Assembly (NCBI GenBank): GCA_044222475.1
Contig: JBGANF010000067.1
Location: 1-41,081 of the forward strand
Reading direction: 5' to 3'
DNA length: 41,081 nucleotides
Source: Polyangiaceae bacterium
Lineage (GTDB): Bacteria; Myxococcota_A; Polyangia; Polyangiales; Polyangiaceae
Part shown: piece after piece, positions 27,886 through 37,145 of the stretch
Layout: the number at the start of each line of letters is the position of its first letter
Numbering within the stretch: position 1 is the stretch's first letter
Notes under the pieces: generated by a model
What the model was told of the DNA's origin: nothing
Databases searched by the model: none
Seen by the model: only the letters and a program-made list of their open reading frames with translations
Translations under genes and position numbers: made by a program

Positions 27886-29124
27886 ATGAACTTCGGGCGG
27901 GTCGCGCTGCTTTCCTTCGTTCCGGCAGCGGCGGCGCTCGGCTGCAGCTTGATGACGTCGCTCGACGACCTGCGCGGGACCGACGCCGGCGCCGACGCGA
28001 GCCCGCCGGTCGACGCTGCGAAGGACGGTGACGCCGCCGAAGCGGGCCCGCCGCTCTGTGGAGCTCCGGGAGAGTCGTGTTGCGATGCACCGCTCGCGCC
28101 CTGTGCCGAGGGCCTGGGCTGCTTCAACAAGAAATGCCGCGTGAACGACGCGTGGGCCCTCGGCGAATACCACGCGGTCACCTCGACTGCGCTGGTCACG
28201 GTGATCGTCGCCGCCCACTACGACGGCGCCACGTGGACGCGCAGCCTCGACGTCCTCACCGACACCGGGCTCACCCCATACCGGCTGATCGACCTCCACG
28301 TGACGACCAGCGGAACGATCCGCGCGCTCGTCACGAAGCAGAACGTCGGCAAGATGATGAACTGGAACGGCGTGGCGTGGCTGGAGTGCAAGCTCGGTAA
28401 CGCGTGCCTGGGCCCTAGCGGCGAGGACCTCCAAGCGATGACGGCGGTCACGAACGGCGGCGTCGAGTTCTGGCTCTCGGCGGTGAACAAGATGTTCCGC
28501 TGCCAGCAGTCGACGTGCACGCAGGAGAGCACCGGCATCCCCGGCACGTGGGGGTCGGGTGCATTCGCGGGGACCACTTCGCAAGACCTCTGGTACTCGC
28601 AGTTCGATCACGTGCTCCACTTCGACGGCGCGAAGTGGGGGTCGACCGCGGTGGCCGACGCGTACACCATCGGCGAATTCGCCGTGAACGATCTCTGGAT
28701 CGGTACGAAGCAGCTCCGCCACTGGGACGGCAAAGCCTGGTCGACCCCCTACCTCGCCGACGGCGCGCAGCTGCCCGGGACCACCTTCTCGATCGCCGGA
28801 TCGGCGACGAACGACGGTTGGGCGGTCGGGATGGACACCACCAGTGCTGCCCCGTCGTTCGCCGCGCACTGGGACGGCGCGGCGTGGACGAAGAAGGCGC
28901 TGCCGACCGGGTCGGCCCACGTCCAACGCGTCTACGCGCCCTCGCCGATCGACGCGTTCGTCGTCGGCGACAAGACGCCCCCCGATGCGATCGGCCTGAT
29001 CGCGCACTGGGACGGCACGTCGTGGGTCGAGACGCCGGGCCCGAAGGTCACCTATACGGGCGAGACTCAGCCGGGGGCCTTGCGCTGGTTCTTCGTCGCC
29101 GGCCGCGCGCGCCCGCGGCGCTGA
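27886..29124 (+). CDS. Lipoprotein with Cys-rich module and HWDG/HFDG-type repeats
   Basis: AAALGC lipobox; CGAPGESCC; repeated HYDGATW, HFDGAKW, HWDGKAW, HWDGAAW, HWDGTSW. Confidence 0.8.
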   Translation: MNFGRVALLSFVPAAAALGCSLMTSLDDLRGTDAGADASPPVDAAKDGDAAEAGPPLCGAPGESCCDAPLAPCAEGLGCFNKKCRVNDAWALGEYHAVTSTALVTVIVAAHYDGATWTRSLDVLTDTGLTPYRLIDLHVTTSGTIRALVTKQNVGKMMNWNGVAWLECKLGNACLGPSGEDLQAMTAVTNGGVEFWLSAVNKMFRCQQSTCTQESTGIPGTWGSGAFAGTTSQDLWYSQFDHVLHFDGAKWGSTAVADAYTIGEFAVNDLWIGTKQLRHWDGKAWSTPYLADGAQLPGTTFSIAGSATNDGWAVGMDTTSAAPSFAAHWDGAAWTKKALPTGSAHVQRVYAPSPIDAFVVGDKTPPDAIGLIAHWDGTSWVETPGPKVTYTGETQPGALRWFFVAGRARPRR

Positions 29125-31375
29125 TCAGTCCAGCTTGGGCAGCTGATCGGGCAGCGGCGCCGGCGGTAGCGCGCCGAGCGGTTCGGGCTCGTTCGTCGTC
29201 GGCGATGCGGGCGGTGCGCTTGCGGTCGAGCTCGCGCTCGACGTGCCGGTCACGTAGACGACGACCGTCTCGCCGTCCTTGAGCACGTCGCCGCGACCGC
29301 GCCGGTTGATCTTCTCCATCAGGTTGCCGCTCACGCCGAAGCGCTTGCCGATCGCCTCGACGGTCTCGCCGTTGCGCGCCGTCACGACGACGCGCTTCCT
29401 GCCCTTGCTTCCTTCCCAGAAGGCGAAGAACTCGTCCGTGCCGACGGCGAGCACGCGCACGTCGTTCTCGCCGAGGAGCATGACCTTCGACAGGTCGACG
29501 GCGTTCGGGACGAAGGCCTGCACCGTCATGCCCTCTTGAAACGCGCACGTCGTTCTCGCCGAGGAGCATGACCTTCGAGAGGTCGACGGCGTTCGGGACG
29601 AAGGCCTGCACCGTCATGCCTTCTTGAAGCCGCGCCGAAGGGTCGAGCTCGTTCCAGCGGCGCAGGTCGTCGACGGTGACGTGCAGGGCGGTGGCGACGC
29701 CGTCGAGCGTGTCGCCGGCGAGGACCTTGTAAAATACACGTTTCCGATCCGGGTAGACGAACATCGTCTCGGGAACGACGACCGGCGTTCGGTCGGCGCT
29801 GACGACCGGCGGCGGCGCGTTGGCGGCCAGCTTGGGGACGAGGAGCACCGCGCCGCCGCGGAGGACCTCTCCGGGAGCGATCGCGTTGATCTCGGAGAGC
29901 TTGGCGGTCGTCGTGCCGCGCGCCCGAGCGACGCCGTCGAGCGTCTCGCCGAAGCGGAGGACGTACGTCTCGAGCGCGGCGTCGTCCTTCTTGAGCTTGC
30001 CGAAGTTCTGCGCGAGGACGGCGCTCTTGCCGACCGGGATGCGGATGCGGCAGAGCTTGTCGCCGGTGGGGCCGGTGAGCGTGACTGCTGCGTCGCTCTC
30101 TTTGGGCGGCGTGCGGCTGGCGCGCAGCTCGGGGTTGAGCGCTTCGAGCTCCTTCGTGGTCGAGCCGATCACCGGCGCGATGGCCGACAGCGCGGTCGAG
30201 AACGGGACGCCGGCCGCTTCGTACTCGACCGCGGGCTCGACGGCGACGGCGTCGATGCCGAAGACCTTCGGGTTCTTCATGGCGACCGCGATCGCGAGGA
30301 TCTTCGGTACGTAGAGCGTCGTCTCCCACGGGAGCGAGCCCTCCATCTTGGACAGCGCCCAGAAGTCGTTCGTGTTGTATCGGCGCACGACCGAGAGCAT
30401 GCCGGCGTAGCCCATGTTGTAGCTGGCCATCGCGAGGTCCCAGCTGCCGAAGCGCCGGTAGAGGTCGGAGAGGAACTCGGTCGCGGCGTTCGTCGCGGCG
30501 TCGATGTCCATGCGTTCGTCGATCCAACGGTCCTGCGGGAGCCCGTAGCCTCGGCCGGTCTCCGGCATGAACTGCCAGAGCCCGATCGCGCCGGCGGGTG
30601 AGCGGATCGTCGGCTCGAACGCGCTCTCGATCATGGCGAGCCACATCAGGTCTTGGGGCATGCCCTTGCGACGCAGCACCTGGGTGATGACGTCGCGGTA
30701 GCGACCGGCGCGGCGGGCGAAGAGGCCGAGCAGCGCCTTGCCGCGCGGGTCGTCCCGGTAGAACTCGAGGAAGCGGACGACCCGCGGGTCGTACCGCACC
30801 GGCAAGTCCGGCATGGTGAGCTGCGCGATCCACGACACGTCCTTGCCGCCCTCGACGAGGGTCGGCGGCGCGAGCGGTGCGAGCCCGCCGGTGTACGGTC
30901 GCGGCGCGGCGTCGAGGCGGGCGACGGGGTAGGGGAGCTCGTTCGGCCAGGGAGATCCCAAAGTGGTACCAGCGGGCGGGAAGAGCTCGCGCTCGGCGTC
31001 GCGGAGGGCCTTGAGCTCGGGGCTCTCCGCGCCGGCGGTCGCTTCATCGGCGGTGGGGCCGCCCGCGACCTGACGCCGGAGCGCGGGGTCGGCCTGCTGG
31101 GGTGCATGGGTCGCCGGCTTGGCGCCGGGCTTGAGGACCGGCTTCGGGGGGGCGGGCGGCGGCGGCTTGGGCGTCGCCGTGGCGACGACCGGCGGCGGCT
31201 TCGGCTGCGCGCTCGCGGACGGGGTAGCGCTCGCGGTCGCCGTCACGGCCGGCGCGGGAGGAACGGCGGCCGCGGTGTGCGTCGGCGTCGGCGCCGGCAC
31301 GGGCGCGCCTCCGTCCGCTGCGTGCGCCGAGGTCGCGCCGAGGAACAGCGCGGAGAAGAGAAACACGCGGCGCAT
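29125..31375 (-). CDS. mltD: MltD-like lytic transglycosylase with LysM domains, frameshifted as assembled by an 88-bp duplication
   Basis: Signal peptide; SLT motifs MIESAF, GAIGLWQFMP, ASYNMG; LysM starts GETLDGVA, GDTLDGVA, GETVEAIG. Removing one 88-bp copy gives a single 720-aa ORF. Confidence 0.88.
29453..29628. repeat. 88-bp tandem duplication with two mismatches
   Basis: 29453-29540 versus 29541-29628; differences at 29491/29579 (c/g) and 29533/29621 (c/t). Confidence 0.95.
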
Positions 31376-31417
31376 GGGCGACAGGGTACGACGGGGTACG
31401 ACCCTAGGCCAAGATTG

Positions 31418-32272
31418 TCACTTGGTGCAGGTCATCGTCCAGGTGAGGCACTCGCCACCTTCGGTGAAGGTGTACCCGTTTCCGAGCATCGCGCGGCCCG
31501 AAGGGTCGAGCTTGAGCGCGCCACCGCTCGCGGTGGTGTCACTGAAGCGGAAGTTCACGTCCTCGCCGACGACCGCGCCGGACCACGTCGAGTTGCGATC
31601 GGAGCCCGACACGGTGGCGGTGATGCGACCGTCCGCGAGCTGCACGAGATCGACGTAGTCGGTTCCCTTGTAGGCCCCACCGAGGATGCACTTCCACTTC
31701 CCGGTCGCCTTGATGCGGCCGGGCGAGGGGTTCGTCGATCCGAGCCGGCGAACGCACTCGTTGCGGGCGGCGTCTCTTCGATTCTGCGCGGCGGCGGCGT
31801 TCGCTGCCGCGATGCGCTTGTCCTTGAGATCCTGGCGTTCGCAGGTCACGACGGTGAAGCCGGGGAGCGTCGCCACGTTCGCAGGTGGCGTCGGCCCGTC
31901 GTAGAGGACGATCTGGGTCGGCCCAGTGAGTTGGAGCTTCGCCGGGCTGCAGACGGTGGTGTTGCCGTAGCCCCCGACGTGTGCCCTGAGTTGGACTTCG
32001 TATTCCGCAGGGACGAAGGCGAACTTGGCGGTCTGTCCCGGATCGATCGGTCCCGGTCGACCATAGGCGTGGTCCAGGATCATCACGGCGACGCGGTAGC
32101 GACCGTCGATCTTCGTGCTGAACGACAGGTCGTTCAGCGGGACCGACGACACGTTGGTGACGGCGAAGGGAATGTCGCCTGCGAGGTCCATCTCCAGCCG
32201 CCGCTGGGCGCCGACGCCGCCGCAGGCGAGCAAGGAGGCTACGAGGGCGAAACACCAGAAGGTCACGCGCAT
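31418..32272 (-). CDS. Hypothetical lipoprotein
   Basis: MRVTFWCFALVASLLAC lipobox; two beta-rich domains joined by an Ala-rich helix. Confidence 0.72.
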   Translation of the reverse strand: MRVTFWCFALVASLLACGGVGAQRRLEMDLAGDIPFAVTNVSSVPLNDLSFSTKIDGRYRVAVMILDHAYGRPGPIDPGQTAKFAFVPAEYEVQLRAHVGGYGNTTVCSPAKLQLTGPTQIVLYDGPTPPANVATLPGFTVVTCERQDLKDKRIAAANAAAAQNRRDAARNECVRRLGSTNPSPGRIKATGKWKCILGGAYKGTDYVDLVQLADGRITATVSGSDRNSTWSGAVVGEDVNFRFSDTTASGGALKLDPSGRAMLGNGYTFTEGGECLTWTMTCTK

Positions 32273-32316
32273 GGATCCATCGTCGCCCATTTCTCGCGGG
32301 CGAGCGAGATCTCTGC

Positions 32317-33102
32317 TCACGGCGGGAGCTTGCCCTCGGCCTCCATCGCAAGCCAGACGTCCTCGGCCGTGGGTGACTTCGGGATGCTCGGCCAAGCGCG
32401 GACGCGAATGGGAAGGTGGGGACCAGGGTGCGCAACCAGGATCTCGCGGGTGATCGCGCTCGTCGTAAGGGGCGTCCCGTTCACGAGGATCACCGCGCTT
32501 CGCTCTGGCACGTCGGAGAGAAACCCCATGACCTGATGCACGCCCGCTTTGCGCACGGTGGCTTCGTACTCCTGGATCACGCAGTCGTCGCGATCGCCCC
32601 ACGCGTCGCACTCGAGGCCGGGCAGGAAGAGGTCACCCTTCTTCTCGGCGATGGAGCCTCCGCGAACGCCTACCGCCGAGCCGGCCGGCAGCACGACGAG
32701 GCCGTGGAGCCACCCATGGCCGGTCGCGGTGAGGAAGTGGCCGTGGGTCCAGCTCGTCTTCGGTGCGCCGAGCAGCGCCTCGGCGGCGAGCGTCATGTCG
32801 GTCGGGGTCGGCGGCGTGACGGAGTCCTCGCACGCGACGTGCTGGCGCTCGGTAGCGATCGAGCCGACGGCGCGGATCTCCAGCGCCACGCACGGGTAGG
32901 TCTTCGTCGGCGGCGTATCGCGCCCGGCGTTCGACGAGACGCTCGCGACGAAGCGCAGCTCGCGCGAGCCATCGGGGGTCGTGCTCCACCGGGTTTCGAC
33001 CGGGTGGGTCATCGCGGTGACGAGCGGTCGGGTGGGGGCGCTTCGCACGCCACACGCGGCGGGCGCGAGGGCGAGCATGACGACGACGATCGGGCGCGGC
33101 AT
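32317..33102 (-). CDS. Hypothetical lipoprotein
   Basis: MPRPIVVVMLALAPAAC lipobox; fills the gap between neighbours with GC3-rich codons. Confidence 0.68.
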   Translation of the reverse strand: MPRPIVVVMLALAPAACGVRSAPTRPLVTAMTHPVETRWSTTPDGSRELRFVASVSSNAGRDTPPTKTYPCVALEIRAVGSIATERQHVACEDSVTPPTPTDMTLAAEALLGAPKTSWTHGHFLTATGHGWLHGLVVLPAGSAVGVRGGSIAEKKGDLFLPGLECDAWGDRDDCVIQEYEATVRKAGVHQVMGFLSDVPERSAVILVNGTPLTTSAITREILVAHPGPHLPIRVRAWPSIPKSPTAEDVWLAMEAEGKLPP

Positions 33103-33190
33103 GGACCGGTCCTACGCCGTCCCTCGTGCGGGATCCCCCCTCACCTCGGCGAACGGCTCGAAACCGACGGCGAACGGTCGCGGCGGTCGG

Positions 33191-34762
33191 TCACTTGAAG
33201 AGCGTGGCGATCGGGACGATCGACACGTCTTCGTCCTTCACGCCGAACGGGAGCGCCTCGATGATGCGATCCTCGTCGGTCACTTCCTTGGGCTTCGGCG
33301 CGTCGTACTTCGGCGGCGACTTGTCGCCCTTGACGATCGCCGCCTTCACCGCGGCCGCGTTCTTGGCGACGAGGACGATCGTGAGATCGTCCTTGGTGAA
33401 GCGCTTCGCCACGACGTCCTTCAGCTTCGCCGACGTGAGGCCCGACCACGCGGTGCGCATGCGCTCGACGTGCGGGACCGAGAGCCCGTACTCCGCGTCA
33501 TCCATGGCGAAGCCGAGGCGGCGCGCCGGTGTCTGCTGCTCCAGCCCGATGTAGCGCGAGAGAAAGCCGCGGAAGCGCGTCACCTCTTCGTCGGGGAACC
33601 CGCTCTCGAGCTTCTGCCGGTAGTAGTAGAGCGCGCCGCGCAGCGCGAAGAGCGCGTTGTCCGGCTTGAGCGGGCGCAGCCAGATCGAGATCATCTGCTG
33701 GCGGCGGACCACGTTCGGCAGCGGGAAGCGACCCCAGCCCTCCTGCTCGAAATACTCGGGGTACATGTAGTCGCCGTAGTTGAAGCCGCGCGCCTCGCGG
33801 AGACGGTTGTAGAGTACACCGGCCGACTGGCGGTGGAGGCCCATCGCGGCGGTGAAGAACGCGGCGGCCGGGAAATCGTCGCTGGCGCGGGTCATGTCGG
33901 TAGTGAACCCGATCGAGACCGCGGTCGAGTCGGCGCTGGGCTTGTCGATGATGACGATCTTCGTCCCGCGCGCCTTCTTCGGCGCGGGGAGATCGGCGCG
34001 AGGAGCGTCGCAGCGCGGGAGCGTGGCGAGGTCCTTCCCCACCGTCTGCTCGAAGCCTTGGGGGAACCCACCGGCGACGCCGAGGACGACTCGGTCTTTG
34101 CAGAATGCACGCTTTCGCATCGCGGCCACGTCCTCGAGGCCGATCGCCGCGATGCCCGTCTCGGTCCCGACCGAGGGGTGCCCGTACGGGTGCCCCGCGT
34201 AGAGGACCGACGCGAGCGCTTCCTTCCCGAGCTCCTCGTCGTTCGAGCCCTTGAGCTCGTCGACGAGGCCGCTCTGGGCGCGCGCCTTGAGACGATCGAA
34301 CGACTCCTTGTCGAGCCGAGGCGTCAAGAGGACGTCCCGGAAGATCGGGTAGAAGGCCTCGAGGCTGTCGGCCGCGACCTCGGTCGAGAAGACGATCTGA
34401 TCGCGCTCGACGTGGGCGTCGACGGATGCCGCGAACGGATAGAGCTTCTTCGAGAGCTCTCCGAACGTGAGCTTCTCGGTCCCGCTCTGCGCGACCATCG
34501 CAGCGGTGAGCGCGAGGAGCCCCTCTTTCCCCGAGGGATCGTCGGCCGAGCCGATGTCGAATACGACGCGGATCGCGACGACCTTCGCCGCACCGTCGCG
34601 CTGCGCGATCGTGCGGACCTGATCGTGCTTGGGACCGATCGTGTCGGTCGCGGCCGGCGGCTTGGCCGTGGTGGGGCCGGGAACCTTCGGCGGAGTCGCC
34701 TCTTCGCATGCAGCGAGGGTGCAGACGAGGGTCAAGCCGAGCGATCGGAGCATGCGGCTCAT
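33191..34762 (-). CDS. M16 (pitrilysin/insulinase) family protein, non-catalytic subunit, lipoprotein
   Basis: LVCTLAAC lipobox; GSADDPSGKEGL without HxxEH; HPYGHP; LYNRLREARGFNYG. Confidence 0.88.
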   Translation of the reverse strand: MSRMLRSLGLTLVCTLAACEEATPPKVPGPTTAKPPAATDTIGPKHDQVRTIAQRDGAAKVVAIRVVFDIGSADDPSGKEGLLALTAAMVAQSGTEKLTFGELSKKLYPFAASVDAHVERDQIVFSTEVAADSLEAFYPIFRDVLLTPRLDKESFDRLKARAQSGLVDELKGSNDEELGKEALASVLYAGHPYGHPSVGTETGIAAIGLEDVAAMRKRAFCKDRVVLGVAGGFPQGFEQTVGKDLATLPRCDAPRADLPAPKKARGTKIVIIDKPSADSTAVSIGFTTDMTRASDDFPAAAFFTAAMGLHRQSAGVLYNRLREARGFNYGDYMYPEYFEQEGWGRFPLPNVVRRQQMISIWLRPLKPDNALFALRGALYYYRQKLESGFPDEEVTRFRGFLSRYIGLEQQTPARRLGFAMDDAEYGLSVPHVERMRTAWSGLTSAKLKDVVAKRFTKDDLTIVLVAKNAAAVKAAIVKGDKSPPKYDAPKPKEVTDEDRIIEALPFGVKDEDVSIVPIATLFK

Positions 34763-36162
34763 CACTTGGTCTCCTTCTTCGCCGGCGTCGCCGGAGGCTT
34801 CGGCGCTGCGGGCGGCGCGAGCGTGACGACGTTGCGTCGGGTGGTGAGCAGGTACGACTTCGCGACGCGCGTCACGTCGTCGGCGGTGACCTTCTTGAGG
34901 GCGTCGAGGTACCGCTCGTAGCCGTGAACGTCGCCGGTGACGGCGGCGAGGTACGCGAAGCGAACCGCGACCTCGCTCGGGGTCTGCATCGACAGTGTGA
35001 GCGAGCTCACGAGGTGGCTTCGCGCGGCATCGACGTCGGCCGGTTTCGCCTCGCCGCGCCCGATCGCGTCGACGGTGGCCTGAACGGCCGCGACGATGTC
35101 GTCGAACGGGGTGCCGTCCTTCAGCTTGGCGTCGATGCGGAGAAGCCCGGGGTCCTTGTGGAGAGCCTCGTCGGGGTCGGCGCCGAGCTCGATGAGCTTC
35201 TGCTCCTTCACGACGAGCCTTTGATACAGGTCGCTCGGCTCGCCGAACGCGAGCGTCGCGAGGACGGCGAGCGCCGCCGAGTCGCCGAGCCCCGCGCGCG
35301 CCGACGGGATCTTGTAGCCGACGGTCATCCGAGGCGTGGTCGGGCCCTTCCACGTGAGGGCGCGCACGCGCGCCTCCTTCTGCTCCGGCTCGGGCTCGAT
35401 CTTCGGCTCCGCCCGCTTCCCGGTCCAGCTCGAGTAGTTCTGCTTCACGAGCTCGAGGACGCGCGCGCGCTCCACGTCGCCGACGGCCCACAGCGTGCAG
35501 TCGTCGGGGGTGTAGAACCGCGAGAAGAACGTCTTCGAGTAGGCGTAGTTCTGCGGCATCCCCTCGACGTCGCGCTTGTAGCCGATGGTGGTGTGGCCGT
35601 ACGTGTGCTTCTTGAACGCGAGATCCCGGAGCTGCTCGTCCATGAGCCACCACGGGTTGGAGAAATCCTTGTTGAACTCGCCGAGGACGGCGCCGGTCTC
35701 GTCCTTGTAGGCGTTCTGCGAAACGTCGAGGTGCTGGAAGCGGTCCGCCTCGATCGGGATGAGCTCGGCGAGCGACTCCTTGGGGATCATCGGCTGGTAG
35801 AACGTGAAGTCGTCGGTGGTGAAGGCGTTGTTGTCCGAGCCCATCGCCTGCATGCGCTTCTCGTAGTCGGAGGCGGACATCTTCGCGGTGCCGCGGAACA
35901 TGAGGTGCTCGAAGAGGTGGGCATACCCGCTGCGACCTACCTCGACCTCGTCACGCGAGCCGGCGCGGACGAGCGTGTAGAACGCGGCGACGCCGCTCCC
36001 GGGCATCGGGATCGTCACCAGCGTGAGGCCGTTGTCGAGCGTGTCGACGGTGAGGCCGAACGACGTCGTCGGTGCGGCGGCCGGAGGTGGCGGCGGCGCG
36101 GCGAGAGGCGCGTCGGCGAGGACGAGAGGAAGAGCGAGGAGGGGGAGGCGGGTGAGCAGCAC
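34762..36162 (-). CDS. M16 family zinc peptidase, catalytic subunit
   Basis: TLDNGL, GSRDE, GYAHLFEHLMFRG (HxxEH), NAFT, HTYGHTTIG, FYTP. Start uncertain: GTG 36162 or TTG 36198. Confidence 0.92.
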   Translation of the reverse strand: MLLTRLPLLALPLVLADAPLAAPPPPPAAAPTTSFGLTVDTLDNGLTLVTIPMPGSGVAAFYTLVRAGSRDEVEVGRSGYAHLFEHLMFRGTAKMSASDYEKRMQAMGSDNNAFTTDDFTFYQPMIPKESLAELIPIEADRFQHLDVSQNAYKDETGAVLGEFNKDFSNPWWLMDEQLRDLAFKKHTYGHTTIGYKRDVEGMPQNYAYSKTFFSRFYTPDDCTLWAVGDVERARVLELVKQNYSSWTGKRAEPKIEPEPEQKEARVRALTWKGPTTPRMTVGYKIPSARAGLGDSAALAVLATLAFGEPSDLYQRLVVKEQKLIELGADPDEALHKDPGLLRIDAKLKDGTPFDDIVAAVQATVDAIGRGEAKPADVDAARSHLVSSLTLSMQTPSEVAVRFAYLAAVTGDVHGYERYLDALKKVTADDVTRVAKSYLLTTRRNVVTLAPPAAPKPPATPAKKETK

Positions 36163-36206
36163 GGTTCGAGAGGTATTCGAGGTGAGAAAGCGGCGCAAGG
36201 TTCGGC

Positions 36207-36212
36207 TATCCT
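36207..36212 (+). promoter_or_regulatory. Putative -10 box TATCCT of a leaderless promoter
   Basis: 6 nt before ATG 36219. Confidence 0.45.
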
Positions 36213-36218
36213 CGGACC

Positions 36219-37145
36219 ATGAGACGAGCCCTCGCGTGCGTGCTGCTCGTCGCGTGTGGCGGGAGCGACCCCGTCGTTCCGGCGGGTGACGCCGCCGTCG
36301 ATGCGACGAGCGACGCGCCGAGCGGAAGCGACGCGTCGCCGACCGATGGCGCGGTGCCGGACGGATCCAAGACCGACGGCGGGACGACGATGTGGGTGCC
36401 TTCGCCGAACGATCGCTTCTTGTACCAACTTGGTAACCCCGCGCCCGACATGACGGTCTGCACCGTCCCGTTCACCGGTGGGAGCTGCGTCAAGCCGACC
36501 GTGTGGGCGATCGACCTCTACGCTGCCGACGGAACGACCCCGAACAGCGCCGGCGTCAACGCGATCCACGCCGCGCAGGGCCACGCCGTCTGCTACGTGT
36601 CCGGCGGCAGCTGGGAGAAGGGTCGGCCCGACGCGTCGTCGTTCCCGTCCGGCGTGCTCGGCAAGGTTCTCGTGGGGTGGCCGGACGAGAAGTGGCTCGA
36701 CGTCGCGCAGACCTCGGTGCTCGAACCGCTGATGCGAGCGCGCGCGCAGAAGTGCAAGAACGCCGGCTTCGACGCGATCGACTGGGACAACGTCGACGGC
36801 TACGCGAACGACAACGGGCTCGGAATCACCGCCCAGGCGCAGATCACGTACGACAAGCTCCTCGCGACGATCGCCCACGACCTCGGCCTCTCGGTCGCGC
36901 TCAAGAACGACCTCGATCAGATCCCCCAGCTCGTGTCGTCGTTCGACTTCGCGGTGAACGAACAGTGTGCAGAATACAATGAGTGCAACCTGCTCGATCC
37001 GTTCACCAAGGCCGGCAAGGCGGTCGCTCAGATCGAGTACGCGGGCCAGACGAGCGCGTTCTGCGCGGCGGCGAACACCGCTGGACGATCGGCGGCCAAG
37101 ATGGTGCTCGCGTTGACCCCCACGCCCTGGAACCCCTGCCGTTGA
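36219..37145 (+). CDS. GH114 endo-alpha-1,4-polygalactosaminidase-like lipoprotein
   Basis: LLVAC lipobox; IDLY, CYVSGGSWE, WPDEKWLD, GFDAIDWDNVDGY, LKNDLDQ, AVNEQC, IEY. Confidence 0.9.
   Translation: MRRALACVLLVACGGSDPVVPAGDAAVDATSDAPSGSDASPTDGAVPDGSKTDGGTTMWVPSPNDRFLYQLGNPAPDMTVCTVPFTGGSCVKPTVWAIDLYAADGTTPNSAGVNAIHAAQGHAVCYVSGGSWEKGRPDASSFPSGVLGKVLVGWPDEKWLDVAQTSVLEPLMRARAQKCKNAGFDAIDWDNVDGYANDNGLGITAQAQITYDKLLATIAHDLGLSVALKNDLDQIPQLVSSFDFAVNEQCAEYNECNLLDPFTKAGKAVAQIEYAGQTSAFCAAANTAGRSAAKMVLALTPTPWNPCR

Noticed and set aside
29125..31375. Calling mltD and the 38938 gene pseudogenes
   Set aside because: Each has a single duplication-caused frameshift and no other decay, so an assembly artefact is more likely.
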